The position numbers were made by a program, and so were the translations under genes. A DNA stretch of 63,171 bases, the filler included, from Rhabdomonas costata (lineage: Eukaryota): the NCBI GenBank assembly GCA_019059605.1. It is 27 parts of 27 records of this genome, joined end to end, with 100 filler letters (N's around TTAATTAATTAA, not from the genome) between each part and the next. Parts side by side here need not be neighbours in the genome. Positions count along the whole stretch, not along the records: positions 1 to 2,243 come from JAHMHO010004573.1; positions 2,344 to 4,590 come from JAHMHO010004574.1; positions 4,691 to 6,934 come from JAHMHO010004575.1; positions 7,035 to 9,279 come from JAHMHO010004576.1; positions 9,380 to 11,624 come from JAHMHO010004577.1; 22 more parts are not named here. One strand, written 5' to 3'. Every line of letters begins with the position of its first letter. The first letter of the stretch is position 1. Of this stretch, positions 1 through 10,836 are shown piece after piece. The notes beneath the pieces are model-generated. The model ran no database searches, was not told the DNA's origin, and worked only from the letters and a program-made list of their open reading frames with translations.

Positions 1-1213
1 GGTTTTGTGTATGTGTACACGTGCCTCCCACCCCTCACACATTTAGGGAGGGGTTGCATCGACAGTGCCTACCTCGTGATGGTTTTGACTGCGCAGGCTC
101 ATCCGGCTTTGGAAAGGAGTCCGCTCCGTCCAAAATCCAAACGATGAGGTACAAAGCACCGAAAGCTGGGCTGAGCCAGCCATCATGTGAAAGAGGGACC
201 TCCCAGCCACCTCCTTATATCATCGAAAATAAGAATTTAGTATGTGACAGTTTGAACAGTATTTTTACCCCATATATCCATGCCGCTGGTCCTTCGTGGT
301 TGAAAACACTCAGTTTGCGATGTAGCCTGGTAAATCTGCATAGCTCGCTATGCCCATTCTGAGGCAGGTGCTGATTGCATTTGCTCTCAGCTGTCGGTCT
401 CTTCTGCTCTCTTCGTTTTCTTTCTGTCTTGTTTAGTACGCGTGGGGCTTCGAGAGGGCGACCATTAACCGCACCAAGACGGGCCACCAGGTGGGCTACG
501 CGAGGTTCTCCACCGTGCGTCAGGCACAGACGGCGATGGAGTACCTCCAGGTTCAGCCCCCAACGTTTCCCCGGTTGCCTCACTCGATGCAAGTTTGACA
601 TCACCTTGAACTGTCACCCCTGTCACCCACAGCTGCTGTGAAACGTGAACAATGATGGAGTATTGGGCATATGGTGGTGCATATAGTTCCAGTCTCCCAT
701 GGAGGGCAACTCTCACATGTTTTTTCGGATGTTTAGGAGCACCCTGGACAGAGTATGTCTTGCACTGTGAGGGTGAAATGCCCCGTTCACAGATTCACTT
801 TACTGTCTTTTTCAGGGCTTCCCACTGGACGAGGACTTCCCCGGTTTGGCCTTCGGACCATCCCCCCCCCCCCATCTTCGCTTGCTCCACTTTTCTTTCT
901 CTCTTTCACACCAGAAAGCGGTTGTTGGGGCTACCGTAGTGTGGAGTTAAAGTTGACCTGCTGCTGCTTACGCCGACATTCGAAAAAGGCAAAAAAAAAT
1001 TTGTCGTCCATGGGGCACTGTGGTTCCCTTATCCCCCGCGCTCGGGGGAGTCGGCGTGAAAGTTCGTGTGGGGTGGTCTGCGCGGCGAGTTGGTTCGTGA
1101 TTGAACTGTCCTCTTGGGGCTCTCACTTCTCTGCTCTTGTGCTCGGAGTCGGCTGGCGGGCTGGCGGAGTTTCAGCAAACACATACACACTCGCAGCTCT
1201 GGTGAAGTGCTTC

Positions 1214-1875
1214 ATGTCGTCAACGCAGCTCAATGACCAGCTTTTGGACGGCCGCGCGCGGCTAGGCACGAAGCGGGGTCTGGCCGGAGGGGAGGGACCG
1301 TTGGGGAAGCGGAGGAAGGGGCCGATCAACCCGCTGTCAATCTACGTCGGGGGGATCCCCCATGACTGGACTGATGCTCAGGTAGGCGTGAGGGGTTGCA
1401 GTGACATTGGAACATGGGAATGCATTCGATACGCTCTCGCCTGTTTGCATTCTGGATCTGCATTGTATTTTGGAGTGTAGGTGTAGGCGGTGTATGAATA
1501 TAGCCCGCGACGTATGCAAGGCGACCACTGAGAGATGCATCTGCGCCCATGGCATTGCTCAGCAGTCGCAGTGTGAAGACGACCGCCCAGCCCGTCACAC
1601 AGAACGGAATCCATGCGGTGCGGAAGATGCCCCTCTTATTTTCGTCTGACCTCAGCACACCCTTCTATTGTGCTGCGCAATGTGGTGCTTCCAGCAAGCG
1701 TATGTGTGTGCGGCCGAGTTCGTCCCCATTTGTTCGCAATTTCAGCTCAGCCAGGTATTCGAAGCCCACGGGACGATTACAGGGCTCCAGCTCACCGCTG
1801 GGAAGGTTGCGGAGGTGGGCAACATTGCGTTCATCTACTACTCCACTCCGGAGGAGGCCAGCGCTGCTATTGCTG
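1214..1875 (+). CDS. RRM-domain RNA-binding protein, 5' part (exons 1214-1381, 1746-1875)
   Basis: Spliced MSSTQLND...GKRRKGPINPLSIYVGGIPHDWTDAQ|LSQVFEAHGTITGLQL...NIAFIYYSTPEEASAAIA. RNP2 (IYVGGI) and RNP1-like (IAFIYY) join in frame across a GTAGGC...TTTCAG intron. Confidence 0.85.
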
Positions 1876-2243
1876 GTCCCTCTGACCTTCCGCGCGGATT
1901 CTTTTGGGTTCTCACGGTCGAAGTGTGAACTTGGATGGCGTTTGTGATCTTTTGTGTAGTCGGAGCTCATGAGTTTTGGGGGTTGGTCCAGAACCACCGT
2001 ACTTGAATCCGGAATCGATCCGATGTGGTGCTTTCGTTCAAGATCAAAGGTTTTCCCTTCACTTTTCATAAGCGCTTATTCCTGAAAGTGGGTGCTTTTC
2101 ACCTCTCTGTCGAACCCTTCTCCAGATGCAGCAACTCCTCACTGCTTTCAAGCGTCTTCGCGGCCTCCTCCGTTCCGCACGCCGTGCTTTACGCCCTGGG
2201 AAGTTCTGTTTAGACGAGCACAAGAAAACCACGCAGGTGCGTC

Positions 2244-2343
2244 NNNNNNNNNNNNNNNNNNNNNNNNNNNNNNNNNNNNNNNNNNNNTTAATTAATTAAN
2301 NNNNNNNNNNNNNNNNNNNNNNNNNNNNNNNNNNNNNNNNNNN
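2244..2343. other. Artificial concatenation linker (first of 26): 44 N + TTAATTAATTAA + 44 N
   Basis: Identical 100-nt spacer with stops in all six frames. Starts: 2244, 4591, 6935, 9280, 11625, 13972, 16317, 18662, 21006, 23350, 25694, 28039, 30381, 32724, 35065, 37409, 39756, 42099, 44442, 46782, 49124, 51466, 53808, 56149, 58492, 60831. Confidence 0.99.
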
Positions 2344-3440
2344 GTTGTGGGGGGCTGTCAGCGGCCCATTTTTCCGGAGCGTTGCCCATTGCAGCGTCAT
2401 GCATCTGCACAAACATGCTGCCGCTGCTGCGGAAATTTCATTTTACAAGGTTTCGCTCTTCTTCATTTTGTTTGCTTGAATTTGAAGTTGGAAGTGGTTG
2501 TGGCAAGCCGGACGCGAGGTTATTTGAAAGTTATTCCCTTTGTACTACTATGAGAATGGGAGCCCTGGAGAGGGTGCTGATCCCGGGGTGCGCCGATGTG
2601 TGGCTCCTGGAGGCGGGGGTTTTTGTGCCGCGGGTGCATACACCTCGGACCCGTGAGGTCTGCTCGCCCTTGGGCGTTTGGGATGGGGTCACATCTGTGG
2701 TCGAATTTCCTTGGTTTGTTATTTATCCTGTTGTGAAAATCCAGTTACTGAAAGAGTGCGAGAGTGCGAGAGTGAGTGAGTGAGTGAGTAAATGAATGTG
2801 CGCGTGTGTTCCCCCGTGTTTCTGGGAATGAGACAGACAGACAGACATGTCTCAGCCATCATGTTAAGTCTCGCGACTGCTGGAGACTCAGTCACCTTAT
2901 GTCCCCAATCTGCACTTGCTGACCTCAGTGTCCTGCATAGGAAGACCTGGTTGGAGTGAGGCCAGTTGCCTTCAGCCCCAACACCTAATCGAGACAGGGT
3001 GTTATACCGTGACACGGATTCGAGCCGATTTCGGCGAGCGACTGACAGTATGTTACGAGTTGTTACCCTTTGCACCAGCTGTGTGTGTGTGTGGCAAACA
3101 GATGCGTCAACTGAAGCTGATGTGTGCCTTTCTCTTCGTACGCCTTATATATTAGAACGAGCCACAGAAAAACAAACCTGCAGTGCCTTCACGCAGGTTG
3201 TTCACCTGACGAGTCTTCTGTTGTTCTCCTTGTTTAATGTAGTGTGGACTTGTGCAAATACTGAGGCTTTCGGAGAAGCCGGAATCCGGAAGACGGCTGT
3301 GAAGAGGACGGTGTCTGAGGTGCTTACAATAGTTTGGAGGCAATGGAGCTTATTGGTGTGGTTTGTAATCGTGGGGATTCCGCATGTGCTAAGACTGTAC
3401 CACACAATTATGAAGGAGGGCGAGAGCTGGGGATCCATTT

Positions 3441-4085
3441 GTGACGGTCGCGAATCGGGCAACCAATATGGTGGTTCTGATACCACGCCAGAATAAGATG
3501 AATGCCCACGACATTGCGGAGTTGTTCTGGTTGGAAGTGGTCAGACATCATGGGTTACCGATGAGTATAGTGAGTGACAGAGATCCTATCTTCATGTCGT
3601 TGTTCTGGAGAAACTTGATCGCTTTCTTAGACATCCATAGCAGAAGATCCTCGCCATACCATCCACAGACCAACGGAAAAGCAGAGCGAACCAACCAGAC
3701 CATGAAGCAGATGATGACCACGCTGATGTATTCGCATCCGGGCACAGGTTGGATGGACCTTTTGGTGTTGGTGAAGATTGAGATCAACAGTGCACCAATC
3801 GCAAACACGGAGTACAGTCCCTTCTACCTCAACTACGGGTATCATCCAGTGTTTTGGTGGGATCTGCCAGAGACAGCAGAGCCAGGTCCAGGAGCAGCGA
3901 GAGCTCCAGCGAGGTACCAGGTCAAGAGAATGAAGTCGATTTGGAAGAAGGTGCGGGAGGCATTTGAGAGATAAAAGCAGAAGGCCGCAGCCTATGCCAA
4001 TCGCAAGATGGCAGATTACAAGTTCAGTGTGTGTCAGGATGTGTTGATCAGTAAGAGGAGGCATTACCAAGGGAGGGATGTTTAG
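3441..4085 (+). mobile_element. Decayed Ty3/gypsy LTR-retrotransposon integrase fragment
   Basis: HGLPMSIVSDRDPIFMSLFW...SSPYHPQTNGKAERTNQTMKQ and SPFYLNYGYHP are gypsy rve motifs. Integrase-like sequence (KQKAAAYANRK...FSVCQDVLI) continues in frame past a premature TAA at 3972-3974. The N-terminal part is missing. Confidence 0.9.
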
Positions 4086-4725
4086 TGCCATTTGGCACTT
4101 TGAGGTCAGGCGAGGCAACAGACGTGAAGCGGGAATGTAAGCTAATTGACGTGCTCAATTAATGCATAAAAAGTACCAAATTGTTGCAGGGAAAAACAAA
4201 ATCGGTTGATTTTCGCAACCTCAACGACCTGCTTTTTTCACCTGACTGGCAGAAGAAAACCACAAACGCGGCGCAGCATTCTCTCCTGCGTCCCTCCTGT
4301 AAATCCATTCATTTCTATCCTTCTTGCTGTTTCCTGGGCAGTATGTTGATTTGCTGCGGCGTTTAGCTCCGCCGCGTATCTGAAGAAGTATTGTCGCGCA
4401 ATTGGATCGAAGACTCCGAATAAAAAACGGCAGGCTGAGCGAGTGTTCATCCGCACTAGAGACATTTACCACCAGATGGCACCGCTATTACCCCCCTGTG
4501 TGTGGTAGGTAGGCATTTAGGCTTCTCATTCTGGTGAGAAGCTGAGGAAATAGGTGCACAAATCCTTCATCTAGTGGTGTGTAATTCCTCNNNNNNNNNN
4601 NNNNNNNNNNNNNNNNNNNNNNNNNNNNNNNNNNTTAATTAATTAANNNNNNNNNNNNNNNNNNNNNNNNNNNNNNNNNNNNNNNNNNNNGGTGGGGGGG
4701 TTGGTCTTCCAACCGTTTCTACATT

Positions 4726-6341
4726 ATGGCTCACTCCTTCGACGCCGAGGCTTTTCAGGCGACCATCCGCTCCGCGGGGTACTGCGACGTCCCCGTTGAC
4801 ATCGAAGGGGAGATACACATGCTCCGCTTCACCCGGACCAGCACGCCCACGTGCCTCAGCTCAGCATAGTCGGCCCCACCACATGACGCTGACCAGGACC
4901 CCGCCCTGGACCGACTGCGGCAACGGCTACGGCGGACACTGAACTTGCAGACGGGTCCCTCGGTACAGATCACGAGGATTATCCTGGCCCTCTTCGGCTA
5001 CCGGGTGACACCCTTCAACACCACCGCGGAGGGCCTAAGACTGATCCTCTCGGTTCCAGAACTGAGCGTCTGCGACTGGAGCGCCCTCATGGGATACAGC
5101 CCAGAGGTTGATACATCTAAGAACCCCTCCGCACCCGTCGAACTCACTGCCTCACGCGTTGACCAACTCGAGTCCCGCCTTGGCACCCTGGCCGCTGCCT
5201 TTCAGGACCTTCAGCGCACCCTCGCATCGCAGGTCACTGCCGCCGTCTCGCAGGCGCTGATGGCCCACCCCCCAACCGCTGCCAGTGCTGCAGAACCTGC
5301 TCCGAGCGCCGCTCGCAGACCCACCGCCATGGAGGCAGACTCCACTCCCGCATGGAAGTTCAAATCCAACTCCCCAGCCTGGAGGTCCTGGGCACCATCT
5401 ACGCCCACCTCCTGTCCACTGGGCAGTCCTCCCTCGCCGCAGACCTGTACAGCGTCAGCGGCGTCATCGACTACGCCTTCCTCCCGGCCACTCATGCTGA
5501 AGCCTCCGACACAGAGCACGTCTACCAGGCGACCCACTCCGGGAAGCGCTGGAAGACCGACCACCCCCCTCCGATGCCATGCTACACCTGTGGCCAGATG
5601 CACGTGGTAAAGTACTGCCCCACCAAAGCGCAGAAGAAACAGCAGAGCGCATCCCAGTCCTTCCCCCGCGGCCACCACCCGCCCGCTACTACATCTCCAA
5701 AGCGGGACAGTGCTTCGACACCAGCCGCAGGCCCAACGTGGAGTGCAAGCGGTGCGGCCGCTTCCACTGGTGGTTTTCGTGCCCCAAGGGCCCGGACACT
5801 ATCCACGTCCCTCGCGGCGCGAGCTTCGTCGAGAATACCGACCAGAAGCCCGTAAACGCCAGCAGCGCCCGCTTTAAGCCCCCAGTGCCTGCCTCGAGAT
5901 CAGAAAGTGACACTCCCTCCCAAGAGTCTGCGTCGAGAGCCCCCGAGATACTCTCCCAGAATTGGCCCCGAAAGCACCGCTCCACAGGCGCCAGCGCGAG
6001 TGCATGCCCCACCATGCCCCACTCACCACCCGCACCCAGTGGCCTCCCAACCCTCTCACCGGGGCCCTCCTGGCCCTGGTACCCGGGCTGGCCACCCATG
6101 TACCCCAGTCCCTACATGGCCTACACCCATCGCTTTCCTGATCCTCAACGACAACAGCCTCCGAGGCCACCGCAGACACCCGCACCTCATGGACCAAGCT
6201 AGAGCGACGCACTGCCCGCTACCGCGCCCCTGGCCACCTCCACCACCACAATACGCACAAGCCCCAGCTCCCAATGCTGCCACTGCCCACCAGCCCTACT
6301 GGCCGGCTCCCGAGTCGGGGGCCCATCCCCCAGCCTACTGA
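4726..6341 (+). mobile_element. Gag-like ORF of a tyrosine-recombinase retroelement (frame-broken)
   Basis: Intronless C-rich coding sequence from ATG 4726, with in-frame TAG 4867-4869 and frame breaks near 5350, 5665 and 6190. Contains a coiled coil (RVDQLESRLGTLAAAFQDLQRTL), two CX2CX3HX4C knuckles (CYTCGQMHVVKYC, CKRCGRFHWWFSC) and a Pro-rich tail. Confidence 0.7.
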
Positions 6342-6934
6342 CTCTTGCAAGCGGCCCGCCGCCTGCGCCACCCCACCGAAGGATGGCTCCGCCTCGCCCT
6401 ACAAACCTTCCAGCCCTCCACACTCTGCACCTACGCAAGTGCCCTCTCTGTACTTTCCCGCCACTGTCCCTCCCACAGTCAGCCTTTCGCTCGTCATGTT
6501 GAGCACGCCCTTGCCAACTATGCGTCCACCGTCGGACCCAGCCGCATCTGGGCGACCGTATCCGCCCTCAGCCTGTCAAACAAGCTCCACCTACTCCCTC
6601 CCTGTGACCTGCCACTCTGTCAGGCCATTGCCCGCGGCTACGACACCAGCGCCACCCCAGCCCCGAGGCAAGAGTGGTACCACCCGCAGACCTCCCACTG
6701 CTCTCCATCGTTGACGACGACTTCACCGCAGCCGCCAACCTCTCATTCGACCTCATGCTCCGGGCGGGACAACTGGACCGCCTGCTGTGCGGCGACCTGG
6801 ATTTCACCACCCACTCGGTGTGGTGTCCGCCCCACAAGCAGATCCGCTTCCCCTACCTCCGCACGCCCACACCAGAAGTGTGGCAAATGCTCACCCGCCT
6901 CCACAGCGGCAGAGCCCCCGAAGAAAAGCTCTTC
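6274..6934 (+). mobile_element. Tyrosine recombinase ORF (N-terminal domain and box I), truncated by fragment end
   Basis: PSTLCTYASALS...TVSALS resembles the N-terminal binding domain. After a frame break near 6685 it reads ANLSFDLMLRAGQLDRLLCGDLDF...VWCPPHK (box I catalytic Arg and downstream Lys). Lies directly after the gag-like ORF. Confidence 0.75.
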
Positions 6935-7083
6935 NNNNNNNNNNNNNNNNNNNNNNNNNNNNNNNNNNNNNNNNNNNNTTAATTAATTAANNNNNNNNNN
7001 NNNNNNNNNNNNNNNNNNNNNNNNNNNNNNNNNNTGTGTGGGGGCACTGATATATGAGCTAACGCTGTCCCGCAGCCTGAAGT

Positions 7084-7429
7084 GCGACGAAGATCCCGCG
7101 TTCAGCGCCAGCTCGCTCGTGCTGGCCATCAGCCGCTCCAGGAAGGACACCATCCGGAACTGCACTGAGGCACAGGCCAGCTCACGGTATTCCACGGAGA
7201 TGTAGTCCACGGACTTCAGGCTGCGGGACAGCGTTAGCTCATATATCAGTGCCCCGACTAGCACCAAGGATAGAGACGAGAGAACAACCATCATCACCCA
7301 AACAGGAAGCTGGCACCGCTTTGGGAGGCAGCCCGAGGTAGAAGGCCCGCATGGACAAATGCGGAATGGGCATGACCGTTTCCCAGTGGGGTGCAGTGGG
7401 CGGCGGGAAGGCTCCAGGGAAGATCTCAT
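7084..7429 (-). CDS. N-terminus of a membrane-anchored sensor/receptor protein (TM followed by Cache-like helix), partial
   Basis: ATG 7429, hydrophobic LPVWVMMVVLSSLSLVLVGALIY, then amphipathic SLKSVDYISVEYRELACASVQFRMVSFL. GC3-rich codons. Cut at 7083 by a fold-back chimera. Family assignment is tentative. Confidence 0.5.
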
Positions 7430-8881
7430 CCTTCACGGGCGCCAGAATGCGAGTCGCAATCTCACACGCTGGAAACTCGTTTCGCTTGAGGAACGGGCCG
7501 TAAACGCTTCGTTAGGAGCCGATTTGAGAGAGAGAGAGAGAAGAGCAGCAAATCGAGAGAGCGCAGACCACACGAAATGCAGTCCAAAGGGTGAACCGCA
7601 AAATGCGATCGATACAAAGTAGGGCAGAAGTAAAGCAGAGGCAAATCAACACTGAACCTGACTACTAATGGCATACGACGGCAACCCAGTGACTAGAACA
7701 GGTACTGGGTTCATGGTTGTATCACTCGAAACACAACGACCTTCACACACCTTACAATAGATTTCGGACAACCCCCGCCCCCCGCACTTCACAAAAACGT
7801 AACTCAACGAAAAGCATGATTCGCTCAAGCGCCAGTCTCAACCGAAAGAGTGTCCAATTGAAAGTTCACTTCTCGCTGTGGGTTTTTTGGCACCTCTATG
7901 GATCCCAGTTTTGTGCGGGCTTCTCTTTGTGGGCAGTGCATATTTCACACAAACGATCCCTCACCCCCTGAAACGTTCCCCATAAAAGCCTAATCCTAAA
8001 ACCGGTAAAATTCTACTAAGAAAGCCTTTCAAAGAAAAACCGAAAGTGTTTAACGAGAAAAACCCGAAGAAGAGATCATAAACGACCTCTGCTTTCCTTT
8101 TCGCTAGTGACCGTAAAACGCCGTTGCACGGTGTAACCGTCACATCATAACCAATATGACGCCGCGGGCTGGATTCAGTCTTTTATTAAATCGGCGTGAC
8201 GACCTGTCAAAACCCAACAACCAAAAAATTTGCCAACAAAAAAATCGTCAGACAGCAAGACCAGGAGAGGCACCAGTTTGGGTACTCGTCCTCTCACCAA
8301 GGGCAAACTACCTCTTGAGCGCCAACACGGATCAATGAGTTTTCGGAGGATAATAATGGCAGATTACCACGGGATTGCCCCACCCCTCCGCCCACGGAGA
8401 AAAAAATAAAAACGAGCACAGAGAAGTCAGTCACCAACTCGGCTGTGGGCAAGTGTACGGGCCGAAAAAGAAATGGAAGCGCAGAATCCGTCACTTCTTG
8501 CACTTCTGTGGCGCTGACGTGCGCATTTCACTGGCTGAGTAAGGGACACGTGTCGCCTGGCAGCAGTTCTTCCAGGTTCCTTTGCCCCACCGAAGAGGGC
8601 AGCTGATCAGACCGCAGATTCGTGAGGTGGATCCGCCAGGAAGCCAGGGACGGAACCAAAGCACGAGTATTGCGTATAAAAAACCATGAAACGCAAAACC
8701 ACTGGAGAAGTTACAAAAGAAGTTTGCACTTCCCCTCATTTTGAACTTCCGCACTTCGCTCCTCAAGTAGACCATACCACACCTTCTATATATAGCTGGC
8801 ACAAGACAAGCCAAAAAGTATCGTCCACCACCCCATGTCCCACATCCTCACTCTTCCTCCCAAAAACACACCCCACGGGGA

Positions 8882-9279
8882 TCACAGCTCCACAAAGGGC
8901 AGCTCTATCCCTGTTGGGTACTTCTCCATAATCGCCCGCAGTGAGGCCATAGCCTCCGCAGCGAAGGCGTCCCGCTCCTTCTCTCTCGACGTTTGAGCCT
9001 TAAAGCTTCCTGACGTCAGCAGACCACCTCCAGGATGACTACCCTCCACCGCGGACCCCATTGGCAGCGCTGCCAAGGGATCCAGGGCCCCTGCAGATAC
9101 AGAGGTGTCCTTCAATAAGTTCCCACTGCTGCTGGCGGTGCAGCAGGGCATCTTTCTCTCGGTCGGGGAAGTGAATGGGGACTGCCCCGAAAACGCTGCT
9201 CGGCGGCAGTCATCGGCGTACCGCTCAAAGAGCTCACAGCATCCTCTGGTACGTTTCCTGTACCGTCTTGTTCGCCAGG
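8882..9279 (-). CDS. Probable terminal exon of an unknown protein
   Basis: Open frame from the fragment edge: WRTRRYRKRTRGCCELFERYADDCRRAAFSGQ...MASLRAIMEKYPTGIELPFVEL*. No family recognised. Confidence 0.4.
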
Positions 9280-9407
9280 NNNNNNNNNNNNNNNNNNNNN
9301 NNNNNNNNNNNNNNNNNNNNNNNTTAATTAATTAANNNNNNNNNNNNNNNNNNNNNNNNNNNNNNNNNNNNNNNNNNNNTGTGTTAGGTGTGTTTGAGGT
9401 TTGTTTT

Positions 9408-10836
9408 ATAGGGGCACGGAAGGCATCGTGAGGCGTTGACCACGGAGCCGAATGTCCCTATAATAACATCCCGGCAACCCAAGAGGAAGAGGTCAGGCAA
9501 CGAAGTTCACGTTGTATGATCCACGTACAACTCGCAGCTTATAAGAAAAAGGAACAGAAAGAGGTCAATAGTCCCATGGACAGCGGGAAGGGTGACGAAG
9601 AACAGTGGGAACCTTGCTCATCGCACATAGTCGCGTGGCGATGGGTCAACGCAAGGCTTGCTGCGGAATGGAATCCCGCAAGCAGGAGGACAAAGTATAA
9701 TGTAAGGCGAGCAACTGATGAACCTGCCGTGCAGGGCGGGCACTGGGAGGCATTTCCGGCGGAGTAAGTTCCCTGCGGGCAGCCCACGCAGCGGGAGACG
9801 GCGTCCGAGTTGAAAGAGACCGTCCCTGTGAGAACATGCGGATAATACTTTCTTAATAAAGGCCTTTCCTGCCTCCCTTGAGCAGAGTCCAGGTGGCACA
9901 GCGTTTGCAGGGAAGAAGTTAATCAATCCCTTGTGAGATAAGCAACGCGCATCTGACTCGCTCCGCAACGTACCCGGAGGGCAGGGACGACAGCTGATGG
10001 TGGAGGTGATCAGGTCAAAAACCCCGTACGCGCCCACTCCACACACTCGCCCCGGAAGGTTCCACAGCCCGTGGTCAACCTTTGAAAACATGCACGAGAA
10101 CAGGATGTTTGCATGTTGGATGGATGGGGACGGGGGCGACCGTGGTCCACCTTCTACAGTTCTACAGTTGCACGTACAATAACGGTGGTGTGTGTGAGGG
10201 GGGGGTGCACAACCGTCGCTCCCCACGATGCGTCCGAGACGACCTAATGCTGAGGTCACGCCGCGATGTTATGTTCAGTAACTGGGGAGATGTCTGCTGG
10301 GCTGACGAACCCAACATGTGCGAACTTACGGACACAGGCAATTAATGAACTTGCTGAAAGTCAAGAATGCACAGAATTTCCCGGTTTCGATCTCGATCTT
10401 GAAAAGGTCAAGATCAAGAATGCCCCCCAAAAGGCGAAAACTTAAGAACGTTTTTTTAGTGGTTGCCGCGAGGACAGTTTTCACGTTGACATGCTACTCA
10501 GAGAGAATTTGTACAATCACCGAGGCTTGTCCCGACACAAGTGTGAAACAAGGCAGCTCCACTGCCGACGGACCGTCCAACCGGCATATGCCGGACCACA
10601 GATCCTTCCAAGCTCCTTCTCCATCTAACAAAGGAGGCCTTCAAGGAAGGCGATACCGCCGCAGAGGGCAGCCAGGTCATGCTGAGCAGCTCAGAATCGT
10701 CCAGACACGCCCCGTCGGTGATGAGCTTTCCGGTGTTGTCAACGATGCGGCGGCAGAACACCGTGTCGCCGTGCAGCCCGCCGTGCATAACTCGTCTCGT
10801 CTCTTCCTGGACCTGGGTGGCCACTGAAGGGGGGAC
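9408..10836 (-). CDS. Receptor ectodomain: BMP/PnrA-like solute-binding domain C-terminus plus Cys-rich (GCC2/GCC3-like) repeats. Exons 10836-10657, 10079-9974, 9825-9724, 9457-~9408
   Basis: VPPSVATQVQEE...VFCRRIVDNTGKLITDGACLDDSELLSMTWLPSAA|VDHGLW...CRPCPPG|TVSFNSDAVSRCVGCPQGTYSAGNASQCPPCTAG|TFGSVVNASRCLPCP. All three introns are GT-AG with compatible phases. Confidence 0.7.

Noticed and set aside
4867-4869. In-frame TAG here (and TAA at 3972) as evidence of a reassigned genetic code
   Set aside because: Both lie in mobile-element sequence. Conserved host exons contain no in-frame stops, and predicted host genes end at TGA, TAA and TAG.
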